A stretch of 64,000 nucleotides of DNA from Patescibacteria group bacterium (lineage in GTDB: Bacteria; Patescibacteriota; Minisyncoccia; Phycocordibacterales; PALSA-1337). The position numbers and the translations under genes are program-made. Shown here piece after piece: positions 21,872-30,843 of this stretch. The DNA is taken from NCBI GenBank assembly GCA_028865095.1, contig JAGWLA010000001.1:137806-201805 (forward strand). Reading direction: 5' to 3'. How positions within the stretch are numbered: position 1 is the first letter of the stretch; every line of letters begins with the position of its first letter. A model generated the notes under the pieces. The model was given only the letters and a program-made list of their open reading frames with translations. It was not told the origin of the DNA and searched no databases.

Positions 21872-22552
21872 ATGATCTATTACGACAAGGTCAGCAAGGT
21901 CTATCCCGACTCCACCGTCGCTCTCGACGGCGTCAGCTTCAGCGTCGAGCCCAAGGAATTCGTCACCATCGTCGGCCAGAGCGGCGCCGGCAAGTCCACC
22001 CTCATGAAGCTGCTCATCGCCGAGGACCGGCCCACTTCCGGGTCCGTCTTCTTCGAGTCGTCGAACATCCATCGCATGAACAAGAAGGAGACCAGCCGCT
22101 TGCGCCGCCGCATCGGCACCGTCTTCCAGGACTATCGCCTCATCCCCGGCAAGACCGTCTACGAGAACATCGCCTTCGCCATGGAAGCGTCGGGCCGCAC
22201 CGACGGGGAAGTGGCGGCCGACGTGCCGCACGTCCTCGAGCTGGTCGACCTTGGCCATAAGATATGGAATTTCCCCGGCGAGCTCTCCGGCGGCGAGCGC
22301 CAGCGGGTGGCCATCGCCCGCGCCATCGTCACCCAACCCGACGTCATCCTGGCCGACGAGCCGACGGGCAACCTCGACCCGGCCAACACCTACGAGATCA
22401 TCCGCATCCTGCGCAAGATCAACGAGCTCGGCCGGACGGTCATCCTGACCACCCATAACAAAGGGGTCGTGGACGAAGTGGGCGGCAGGGTCATCACCAT
22501 GGAGAAGGGCAAGATCGTCAGGGATGCCAAAGACGGCAAATACATCTTATAA
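21872..22552 (+). CDS. ftsE: Cell division ATP-binding protein FtsE
   Basis: [41 protein letters not shown]; precedes ftsX. Confidence 0.93.
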   Translation: MIYYDKVSKVYPDSTVALDGVSFSVEPKEFVTIVGQSGAGKSTLMKLLIAEDRPTSGSVFFESSNIHRMNKKETSRLRRRIGTVFQDYRLIPGKTVYENIAFAMEASGRTDGEVAADVPHVLELVDLGHKIWNFPGELSGGERQRVAIARAIVTQPDVILADEPTGNLDPANTYEIIRILRKINELGRTVILTTHNKGVVDEVGGRVITMEKGKIVRDAKDGKYIL

Positions 22553-22563
22553 TGTGACATCGC

Positions 22564-23520
22564 ATGATATTCACCACCTTTAAAAGAGTCGTGCGCACCG
22601 GTTTCGTCAATTTCTGGCGGAACGGCTTCCTGTCCTTCGCGGCCATCGTGGTCATCACCCTGTCCCTCATCTCCGTCGGCTGCCTCATATTCGCGGGAGC
22701 CATCGGCGGCTCGCTCATCGCCCAGGTGAAGGACCAGGTGGACATCAACGTATATTTCACCCTTTCCGCCCAGGAAGCGGACATCTTGGCTTTCCAGAAG
22801 GAGATCGACGCCCTGCCCGAAGTGGCTTCGACCACCTATGTCTCCCAGGACCAGGCCCTGGCTTCGTTCCAGCAGAGATGGCAGGATAACGCCCTCATCA
22901 TGCAAGGCCTCCAGGAGCTCGGCAGCAATCCTTTCCCGGCGGCGCTGACCATCAAAGCCAAGGAGCCGAGCCAGTACGGCGGCATCGCCGACTTCCTGAC
23001 GAGCAAAGCCCCGACCGATTCGACGGGCGCGCCCATCATCGACAAGGTGAACTACCAGGAGAACCAGCTCATCATCGACCGCTTGAGCCGCATCATCCCG
23101 ACGGTCGAGCAGGGCGGGGCGGCCATCGCCCTCCTTCTCGCCCTGGCGGCGGTCGTGGTGGTCTTCAACACCATCCGCCTCATCACGTATTCCGTCCGCG
23201 ACGAGATCGCCGTCATGAAGCTCGTCGGCGCGTCCAATGTCTATGTCCGCGGCCCGCTGGTGGTGTCGGGGATCATGTACGGCATCGTCTCCGCCGTCAT
23301 CGCCCTGGCCCTCATGGCGGCCCTGTCGTACTGGAGCGACACCCTCATACTGCGCCTGGCCGGCGTGGACGTGGCCTCCAATTTCTCCTTCGCCGTGAAC
23401 ATCTTCTCGGACTATTTCTCCCGCAACTTCGCCCAGCTCTTCGCGGCCATCATGGGCGCCGGCATCCTGCTCGGGGGCCTCTCCAGCTACATCGCCGCCC
23501 GCCGGTACCTGCGGGTATAG
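22564..23520 (+). CDS. ftsX: Cell division permease FtsX
   Basis: NFWRN, NTIRL..RDEIAVMKLVGAS..VRGP; four TM segments. Confidence 0.93.
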   Translation: MIFTTFKRVVRTGFVNFWRNGFLSFAAIVVITLSLISVGCLIFAGAIGGSLIAQVKDQVDINVYFTLSAQEADILAFQKEIDALPEVASTTYVSQDQALASFQQRWQDNALIMQGLQELGSNPFPAALTIKAKEPSQYGGIADFLTSKAPTDSTGAPIIDKVNYQENQLIIDRLSRIIPTVEQGGAAIALLLALAAVVVVFNTIRLITYSVRDEIAVMKLVGASNVYVRGPLVVSGIMYGIVSAVIALALMAALSYWSDTLILRLAGVDVASNFSFAVNIFSDYFSRNFAQLFAAIMGAGILLGGLSSYIAARRYLRV

Positions 23521-23535
23521 GGCATATGCGGATAT

Positions 23536-23569
23536 AAAAAAGCGCCACGTCCGCGAAGGGCGTGGCGCT
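23536..23569 (-). terminator. Intrinsic terminator
   Basis: A tract then GCGCCACGTCC..GGGCGTGGCGC stem. Confidence 0.7.
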
Positions 23570-23591
23570 GATGCGTGGCGATAGGGAGCGG

Positions 23592-24224
23592 CTAAGGGCT
23601 CCCGCGCAGATAGGCCCGGTAGGGAGCGGCGGCCTTGCTGTCCGGTTCGACCTTCTCCCATTCGAAGACGAGCGTGCATCCGTTATGCTCCGTGCGGTAG
23701 CTCTTCTTGCGAAGCGCTTTCGGGAGCTGGCAGATGAAGTGGTTCGTGATGCGAAAGGACGAGAGGTACGGGTACGCCTGCTTGCCTGCGAAGAGGCGGG
23801 AGTCTCCCGACTTCCTCTCCAAGAAGAAGAGGCTGAAGCCGCCTGCGATGCCGAGCTCTTCGCGCATCCCCCTCCGAGCGGTCTCTTCGGGAGACTCGTT
23901 CAAGCGCTTCTTCCGGCTCAAGCTTTCCGCCCGGTGGACGGGCTTGATGCCGCCTCCCGGCAGCTCGTGGCCCCGTTCGCGCAGATGGAGCAGGGAACGC
24001 CCCTGCGGCAGCCATATATCGACGACCGAGCGCTCCGTCACGCGGACGAGGCACCCCTTCACCATATGGAGAAAGGATTCGCCCATCTTTATCTCCTCCA
24101 TCAGATCTGAGACGCTTTTGGCGCCGGCAGACCCCCATCTATCGACGGGGATCCCTCCGAAGCGCGTGAGGACCCATCTCAAGTCGTCCTCATTGCTTAT
24201 TTCGAGGTACTTCGTTTCATTCAT
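23592..24224 (-). CDS. Nudix-fold protein
   Basis: ESPEETARRGMREELGI partial Nudix box; start uncertain. Confidence 0.6.
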   Translation of the reverse strand: MNETKYLEISNEDDLRWVLTRFGGIPVDRWGSAGAKSVSDLMEEIKMGESFLHMVKGCLVRVTERSVVDIWLPQGRSLLHLRERGHELPGGGIKPVHRAESLSRKKRLNESPEETARRGMREELGIAGGFSLFFLERKSGDSRLFAGKQAYPYLSSFRITNHFICQLPKALRKKSYRTEHNGCTLVFEWEKVEPDSKAAAPYRAYLRGSP

Positions 24225-24323
24225 AGTTCGTATTTCTAGGATCGCATGACCCGGCGGAACCATACCATATATTCTTGATATTTTCAATACCTCGCGTCCG
24301 GCGCGCTATGCTAGGATGTCCCC

Positions 24324-26087
24324 ATGGCACGGAAGCAGCCCCGAACGCCTGCTCGGATGAAGACGGAAGCGAGACGGTCGCGGAAGGCTTCGGCTCCCCA
24401 CAAATACATATTCGTCATCGGCGGCGTCATGTCCGGCGTAGGGAAAGGCATCGCCACCTCCTCCATCGGCACCATCCTCTCCGCCAAAGGCCTGGCGGTC
24501 AACCTGGTCAAAGTCGACCCATATCTGAACGTCGACGCCGGCACCATGAACCCGACCGAGCACGGCGAGGTCTTCGTGCTCGACAGCGGCCTGGAGACGG
24601 ACCAGGACATGGGCAATTACGAGCGCTTCCTCAACCGGGACCTGACCGGCGCCGACTACATGACGAGCGGCATGGTCTATAAGGCGGTCATCGACAAAGA
24701 GCGCGCCCTCCAGTACGGCGGGCGCTTCGTCGACGCCGACCACGTGCGCGAGGAGATCGTGGAGCGGATCGAGCGGAGCGCCCGGCTCAACAAGTCCGAC
24801 ATCACGGTGGTGGAGATCGGCGGGACGATCGGCGACTACCAGAACGTCATGTTCATCGAGGCGGCCCGCGTCCTCAAGATCCGCCATCCGCGCGACGTCA
24901 CCTTCGTGCTCGTCTCGTACCTGCCGGTGCCCGGCTCGATCGGCGAGATGAAGTCTAAGCCGACCCAGAACGCCTCCAAGCAGCTCAACGCCCACGGCGT
25001 CCAGGCCGATTTCATCATCGCCCGCGGCCCGCACCCCATCGACCAGAAGCGCAAGGAGAAGATCGCCTTCACCTGCAACATCATCCCGTCGCACGTCATA
25101 TCGGCCCCGGACATCGAGAGCGTCTATGACGTGCCGGTCAACTTCGAGAAGGACCGCCTCGGCGACCTCCTGATCCAGGCCCTGGACATGCCGCCCCGGA
25201 AGACGTCGGCCTCCTTCGGCGTCTGGAAGAAGCTCGCCGCCGGCATCAAGGACGGCCGCCGCCGGGTGGTCAAGATCGGCGTGGTCGGGAAGTATTTCAA
25301 CACCGGCGACTTCATCCTGTCCGACTCGTACCTCTCCGTCCTCCAGGCGGTCAGATATTCCGCGTACGCCCTCGGCGTGAAAGCGGAGATCGAGACGGTC
25401 AACGCCCGCGACTTCGAGGCGGCCGCGCCCGATTTCAGCGCCCTCGACGCCTTCGACGGCATCATCGTGCCCGGCGGCTTCGGCAGCTCCGGCATCGACG
25501 GCAAGCTCGCCGTCATCAGGCACGCCCGCGAGCGGGGGATACCGTACTTCGGCCTCTGCTACGGCATGCAGCTCATGACCGTCGAATACGCCCGCGACGT
25601 CCTCGGCCTGGCCGGCGCCCACACCACGGAGATCGACCCGAACGCGCCCCATCCGGTGATCGACGTCATGCCCGACCAGAAGGAGAAGATCGCCCGGGGC
25701 GACATGGGCGGCACGATGCGTCTGGGGGCGTATCCGGCCCGCCTCATGAAGGGCACCATCGCCCAGGACGCCTATTCCTGCTTCGACGGCAAGAGGCTGC
25801 CGAAGCCCACCGTGTCCATCCGGGAGCGCCACCGCCATCGCTACGAGGTCAACCCCAAGTACGTCGAGCGCCTCGAGCGGGCCGGCCTGGTCTTCTCGGG
25901 CAGGTCGCCCGACGGCACCCTCATGGAGATCGCCGAATTGCCGCGCGACAAGCACCCCTTCTTCCTCGGCACCCAATTCCATCCCGAATTCCTGGCCCGC
26001 CCCCTCATGCCGCACCCGCTCTTCAACGCTTTCGTGGAGGCCGCGAAGGACCGCGAGCTGGCCCGGGCCAAACAAGCCTCCAAATAG
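24324..26087 (+). CDS. pyrG: CTP synthase
   Basis: GGVMSGVGKG, DPYLNVDAGTMNP.EHGEVFV, GLCYGMQ, ERHRHRYE, QFHPEF. Confidence 0.97.
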   Translation: MARKQPRTPARMKTEARRSRKASAPHKYIFVIGGVMSGVGKGIATSSIGTILSAKGLAVNLVKVDPYLNVDAGTMNPTEHGEVFVLDSGLETDQDMGNYERFLNRDLTGADYMTSGMVYKAVIDKERALQYGGRFVDADHVREEIVERIERSARLNKSDITVVEIGGTIGDYQNVMFIEAARVLKIRHPRDVTFVLVSYLPVPGSIGEMKSKPTQNASKQLNAHGVQADFIIARGPHPIDQKRKEKIAFTCNIIPSHVISAPDIESVYDVPVNFEKDRLGDLLIQALDMPPRKTSASFGVWKKLAAGIKDGRRRVVKIGVVGKYFNTGDFILSDSYLSVLQAVRYSAYALGVKAEIETVNARDFEAAAPDFSALDAFDGIIVPGGFGSSGIDGKLAVIRHARERGIPYFGLCYGMQLMTVEYARDVLGLAGAHTTEIDPNAPHPVIDVMPDQKEKIARGDMGGTMRLGAYPARLMKGTIAQDAYSCFDGKRLPKPTVSIRERHRHRYEVNPKYVERLERAGLVFSGRSPDGTLMEIAELPRDKHPFFLGTQFHPEFLARPLMPHPLFNAFVEAAKDRELARAKQASK

Positions 26088-26128
26088 GCGGCGGGGGAGC
26101 GCGCCCGCGCCCCGGCCGGGCGGCCGTC

Positions 26129-26159
26129 AAAAAAACCCGCTGCATGCGCATGCAGCGGG
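26129..26159 (-). terminator. Intrinsic terminator
   Basis: A7 plus perfect palindrome CCCGCTGCATGCGCATGCAGCGGG. Confidence 0.7.
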
Positions 26160-26176
26160 CGTATCTCGTCTTCCGT

Positions 26177-26821
26177 TCACCGGCGATGGCGGTCCACGGC
26201 GGGGCGCCACAGGCACGTGACCGCATGCCCGTCGCGCCGGAGCGCCAGCGTCTCCCGGTATCGGTGCGGCTCCAGGAAGCAGAGCACCGGGTAGCGGTAA
26301 GTGACTTGGCCGAGGGCGCCGAACGCGGGGAACAGGCGATCGGCCGGGTCGGCAGGGCGCGCTTCCGCCGATGCCGGGCAGAGCTCCAGATGGTAGTCGG
26401 AGCCTATGGCGAACCCGAGCGCGTCGAGGCCGCGTATGGCCGCTTCCCGGACCGTCTCGTTCCGTTCCGGCACGGCTTCGAAGAGCCTGTCGCGGCTCCC
26501 GTCTGTCAGGCAGGGCTCATAGAGCTCGAGCCAGTCCTTGTGATGGCACTGGATGGAGATCGGGACGATCGCCACATGAAGGGTGAGCGCGCAGCCGTCG
26601 CGCCGCAGCTCCGCCATGTCGAAATGCAGGAGATGGGCGAGGCGGTAGAAGGCGCCGCTCGACGCTCCATCGCTGTCATCGACGGGGATGGAGAGCCCGC
26701 ACGCGCGGAAAGCACCGCTGATGTCGCTCTTCGACGAGCCTGGGCCGAGGACCTGCGCCGTGGCCGAGTCGCGGAATGCCGGACGGATATCTCCCGTCTC
26801 GTGAGGGATGTGTCGGAACAT
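26177..26821 (-). CDS. Hypothetical protein
   Basis: 214-aa ORF with SD GAAAGGA upstream and terminator downstream. Confidence 0.5.
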   Translation of the reverse strand: MFRHIPHETGDIRPAFRDSATAQVLGPGSSKSDISGAFRACGLSIPVDDSDGASSGAFYRLAHLLHFDMAELRRDGCALTLHVAIVPISIQCHHKDWLELYEPCLTDGSRDRLFEAVPERNETVREAAIRGLDALGFAIGSDYHLELCPASAEARPADPADRLFPAFGALGQVTYRYPVLCFLEPHRYRETLALRRDGHAVTCLWRPAVDRHRR

Positions 26822-26915
26822 TGGTTTTCCTTTCTCAAAGAGGTTTCGTTTCCCTATGCCCTGGGTTGAGTTATAGCTCTATTTGCGCTATCCTGCAATC
26901 CACAGTTTCCTACCT

Positions 26916-26989
26916 TGCGGGATCGTCTAATGGTAGGACAACGGACTCTGAATCCGTTTATCTTGGTTCGAATCCAAGTCCCGCAGCCA
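26916..26989 (+). tRNA. tRNA-Gln (CTG), integration site
   Basis: TGCGGGA/TCCCGCA acceptor, ACGGA-CTCTGAA-TCCGT, GGTTCGAATCC, encoded CCA. Confidence 0.95.
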
Positions 26990-27023
26990 ACACATGCACC
27001 CTGACCGGAGAGGGTCAATGAAC
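26984..27023 (+). repeat. Left attachment-like direct repeat
   Basis: CAGCCAACACATGCACCCTGACCGGAGAGGGTCAATGAAC; 38/40 identical to 51448-51487. Confidence 0.88.
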
Positions 27024-27069
27024 CGATTTTGGTTCTAGACCAAGACCTGTTGATGTGTAAACTATAATC

Positions 27070-27870
27070 ATGACTATCATATGGAAAGATTTTTCATCGT
27101 GGGATGGTATTGTCCGTACCACTATCACACCCGCTAGTGTTTTAGAAGTTATATCAAAAATGAAGCGAGCAGGGGAAGGTGGCTATGTCCAAGATGATCC
27201 CGGATGGCTTCATCCCCTAGAAAACCATCTCGGATATCCAATCAAAGATGCAATAAATAATCTGGCGAATGCGTTAGAAAGAGAAAATATCCGTGTATAT
27301 CATGGTTGCCGTCCGATAGACATTAGCTCATACCTGTCAAAAGGTTTGAAAGTTCATAGACGTAATGAATTGATCAGTGAGCTCAGGAAGATGGTCATGT
27401 CTGATACAAGATTGTCTCGATTTGATTTAGATGGACGAATCGGTGAGGTCAAAAAATCATACGATAATGGCAAACTTTTCCTCGTGTTTGATGATCGATA
27501 CATGATTGAATATGCAGGGCACTATCTGATATATGGTGGCGAATACATAGCAAATGTGCTCAGAGATCATTTGGAAGTTTTGCTCGAAAAAGGGACACCG
27601 ACGATAATCACTGTTGATTTGCCTGGCCGTATGATATCTAGACCAATCCTTGAAGGATTTGCTAAAGATCTTCTTACAGAGTGGACAAGACAAGTAATAA
27701 ATGAGCCAAAGTCAGTCCACATGAGAGACTGTGGTGTTGAGCTTGAATCTGATCTGGATCCGAAATATATAGTTGGTCATGAACATCCGCTGGTTATAAA
27801 AGACCCATGGAATTCTCGTCAGGAATATATTGTTGAGAATAATTGTTGTAGGACTACTCCTCAAGCATAA
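27070..27870 (+). CDS. Hypothetical protein, possible ADP-ribosyltransferase-like fold
   Basis: RVYHGCR..YLSKGL, KLFL, YGGE, DLDPKYI pattern; AT-rich; convergent overlap with recombinase. Confidence 0.5.
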   Translation: MTIIWKDFSSWDGIVRTTITPASVLEVISKMKRAGEGGYVQDDPGWLHPLENHLGYPIKDAINNLANALERENIRVYHGCRPIDISSYLSKGLKVHRRNELISELRKMVMSDTRLSRFDLDGRIGEVKKSYDNGKLFLVFDDRYMIEYAGHYLIYGGEYIANVLRDHLEVLLEKGTPTIITVDLPGRMISRPILEGFAKDLLTEWTRQVINEPKSVHMRDCGVELESDLDPKYIVGHEHPLVIKDPWNSRQEYIVENNCCRTTPQA

Positions 27871-29173
27871 TTTCCTTGTCTTTCATTACGATCTTGCTCC
27901 TGAGCGACTCAAGTATGTGTCGTTTCTCCTCAACCGTTCCTTCTCGTAGGATATACTTCACATACTCTTTCGGATCGGCATTCCTCGACCTCAGCTTCTG
28001 TCCTGCTCCTAGTACACTCTCTTGAAACTTCTGGAATCTATCTATCTCCGCCTTGAGCTTCTTCTTGATACCGATCTTGTCGAGATTGATGCCATCGATC
28101 ATGTTCTCTAGCTGTTTTACGAGTTCCTCCTCGCGCAGGGAAGCATTCTTGCATTCTTTGTCATTGAATCTGGTGCAGGTGTAGTAGACATACCTATTTG
28201 TACCGCCTTTGGCCAGCTTCTTGAACTTCTCGTCGGCGGTGATGCCGGAATTGCAGTAGCCACATCGCATGAGCTTGGTGAAGGCGAACTCTTTCTTTTC
28301 GCCAGTCCTATCTTTGTTGATATCGAGCTTTTGCTGAACCTTGTCGAAGAGCTCCTTGGATATGAGCGGTTCATGCCGGCCCTGATACCATGATTCGCTG
28401 CCTTTCGGGTATTCGAATCTGCCATAGTAGAAGTGATTGCGCAGGATGATGTATATATTGCTCAATGTGAGTAACTTGCCACGCTGCACCCTGAAGTCTA
28501 TCTCCTTGAGCCAGTAGAAGAGCTTTCGCCCGCTCCAGCCGTCATCTGCAACCTTCTCGAATATTTTCTTCACGATCGGTGCTCGCTTGGGATCGGTGTA
28601 TATGATCCCTTTTTCACCAACGAGCTTGCTGTTCAGGTATCCTGTCGGTGCCGGTGCAGGCCAGAGCCCCATCTCACAGCGGATCTTTAGCCCACGCTTC
28701 ACATTAACGCTCTTGTTGTCGTTCTCCAGCTTAGCTTGGCTTCCCAATATCATGAGGAGGAACTTCTCATTGGGGTTATTGGTAAATCGCTGACTGAATG
28801 TCCTGATCTCTTTCAGTTTCCCTTGATCCATGAGGTCGACGATGGATCCTAAGTCTCCGGCGTTGCGGCTTACTCTATCTGGATGCCAGACGAGGATTGC
28901 ATTAAATTTTCCATCCTTGATATCGGCGACCATCTCATTGAACTTCGGTCTTTGCCCGGTATCTTTGGCTGAATGCGCTTCACGCTTGGTATCGACTACG
29001 TTCAAGCCTTCTCGTGTCGCGAGAGCGAGCATCTCGTTTATCTGCGCATCTATCGACAATGCTTGGCGTTCATCTGATTCCGATGATTTTCTGGCATAGA
29101 GGCAATATGACAGGGTAGTTGCGATCTGAGGCTGCCTACCGCCTAGATCTACCCGTGAGGTTGCTTGTTGCAT
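27854..29173 (-). CDS. Large serine recombinase (resolvase + recombinase + zinc ribbon)
   Basis: YCLYARKSS (catalytic Ser), DRVSRN, PTGY, HEPLIS..LFDKVQ, CGYC..YYTC..C. Confidence 0.93.
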   Translation of the reverse strand: MQQATSRVDLGGRQPQIATTLSYCLYARKSSESDERQALSIDAQINEMLALATREGLNVVDTKREAHSAKDTGQRPKFNEMVADIKDGKFNAILVWHPDRVSRNAGDLGSIVDLMDQGKLKEIRTFSQRFTNNPNEKFLLMILGSQAKLENDNKSVNVKRGLKIRCEMGLWPAPAPTGYLNSKLVGEKGIIYTDPKRAPIVKKIFEKVADDGWSGRKLFYWLKEIDFRVQRGKLLTLSNIYIILRNHFYYGRFEYPKGSESWYQGRHEPLISKELFDKVQQKLDINKDRTGEKKEFAFTKLMRCGYCNSGITADEKFKKLAKGGTNRYVYYTCTRFNDKECKNASLREEELVKQLENMIDGINLDKIGIKKKLKAEIDRFQKFQESVLGAGQKLRSRNADPKEYVKYILREGTVEEKRHILESLRSKIVMKDKEIMLEE

Positions 29174-29308
29174 GATATGTGCCTGTTAGCTGGCATACAT
29201 CAATCAATGCCGCCACCGGTCCTAAGAGTCCAGGAGGGGTAAGTTGGTAACAATTTTTCCAAAACGGCTTTATTTCTAGCCATTTCTATGGTAGAATTTT
29301 TCTTAACT

Positions 29309-30838
29309 ATGGCCACCCTAAACTGGATCGGTAAAGAAGCTGTTGCAAACCACGACAAAGAGGTTCCTTTTAAGTTGTTAGAGAAAGTTCCAAGTGCATC
29401 AGTTGGAAAGGAATCAAAAAATCTCGTAATTCATGGCGATAACCTTGAAGCACTGAAGGCCCTTATGCCTTTTTATCAAGGAAAGATAAAGTGTATCTAT
29501 ATTGATCCGCCATACAATACCGGAAACGAGGGATGGGTATATAACGATAAGGTAAATTCTCCCAAGATACGTGAATGGTTGTCTCAGGTTGTAAAATCAG
29601 ATGACCTGACTAAGCACGATAAATGGTTGTGCATGATGCAACCAAGACTCAAATTGCTTAAGGAGCTACTTTCTGATGATGGTTTTATATTTGTAAGTAT
29701 TGACGATCATGAACAGCAGTATTTATCCCATTTAATGAACGAAATGTTTGGTGAGGGAAATTTCGTTGCTAATTTCATATGGAATCACAGGAAGTCAAGC
29801 CAGAATGATATTGATATATCACTGTCGCATAATTACACCTTTTGTTATGCACGTAACAGATCAAAGTTTAAATTGAATCCTCTTGAAATTGATGGCAGCA
29901 AATTTTCTAACCCAGACAATGATCCAAGAGGTGACTGGGTAGCAGACCCTATGGATGCACCTGCTATTCGAGAAAATTTAATGTATCCAATTACCAACCC
30001 CAAAACAAAAAAAGTCTATTTGCCGCCACCTGGTAGGCATTGGAGGTTTTCAAAGGAGAAGTTCGAGCAAGCTATAAAGGATAATCGTATTTTATTTGGA
30101 AAGACAGGTAATTCTAAACCTCAATATAAGCGGTTTAAAAGCGAAGCGGTACTAAAAGGTACTAATGTTTTTACGATATGGGATGACGTAGGAACTGCAA
30201 CTGAAGGGACACAAGAGCTCATGGATCTTTTTGATGGCAAAAAGGTTTTTGATACACCAAAACCCACTTCATTTATCAAGAAAATTCTCAAATTGGCCTC
30301 AGGAAAAGATTCGATTATCCTAGATTCCTTTGCAGGATCAGGAACTACAGCACATGCTATTTTAAGTCTAAATAGTGAAGAGAAGGGTTCAAATAGGAAG
30401 TTTATTCTTGTCGAAATGGAAGATAAAGTTGCCAGAGATATTACAGCAGCACGCGTTGAACGAGTTATAAAAAAGTATAATTTTGAAGATGGTTTTGAGT
30501 ATTGTGAACTCGCTAAGCCTCTATTCGATAAGGCGGGACAAATAAATGAATCGTGCTCATATGAAGAGCTTGCTTCTTATATCTACTTCACTGAAACACA
30601 AACGAATATCGATAAGAAGGCGATTAAAAACCCATTCATTGGTGAAAGTCACGGTATATCGTATTACCTTGTCTATACTGGCAAAGGAAAAAATGAGATA
30701 AACCGCTCCTCGCTTTCTAAGTTGAAAATAGTTGGTCAAGCAGTTATATACGCGGATCGGTGTCTTGTCGATGAAGATGAACTTAAGGAAAAGGGAATTA
30801 CATTCAAACAGATCCCGTACGAGATAAAAATATACTAA
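29309..30838 (+). CDS. mod: Type III restriction-modification methyltransferase (Mod)
   Basis: TLNWIGK, IHGDNLEALK, IYIDPPYNTG, TPKP, LDSFAGSGTT. Confidence 0.92.
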   Translation: MATLNWIGKEAVANHDKEVPFKLLEKVPSASVGKESKNLVIHGDNLEALKALMPFYQGKIKCIYIDPPYNTGNEGWVYNDKVNSPKIREWLSQVVKSDDLTKHDKWLCMMQPRLKLLKELLSDDGFIFVSIDDHEQQYLSHLMNEMFGEGNFVANFIWNHRKSSQNDIDISLSHNYTFCYARNRSKFKLNPLEIDGSKFSNPDNDPRGDWVADPMDAPAIRENLMYPITNPKTKKVYLPPPGRHWRFSKEKFEQAIKDNRILFGKTGNSKPQYKRFKSEAVLKGTNVFTIWDDVGTATEGTQELMDLFDGKKVFDTPKPTSFIKKILKLASGKDSIILDSFAGSGTTAHAILSLNSEEKGSNRKFILVEMEDKVARDITAARVERVIKKYNFEDGFEYCELAKPLFDKAGQINESCSYEELASYIYFTETQTNIDKKAIKNPFIGESHGISYYLVYTGKGKNEINRSSLSKLKIVGQAVIYADRCLVDEDELKEKGITFKQIPYEIKIY

Positions 30839-30843
30839 CTACC

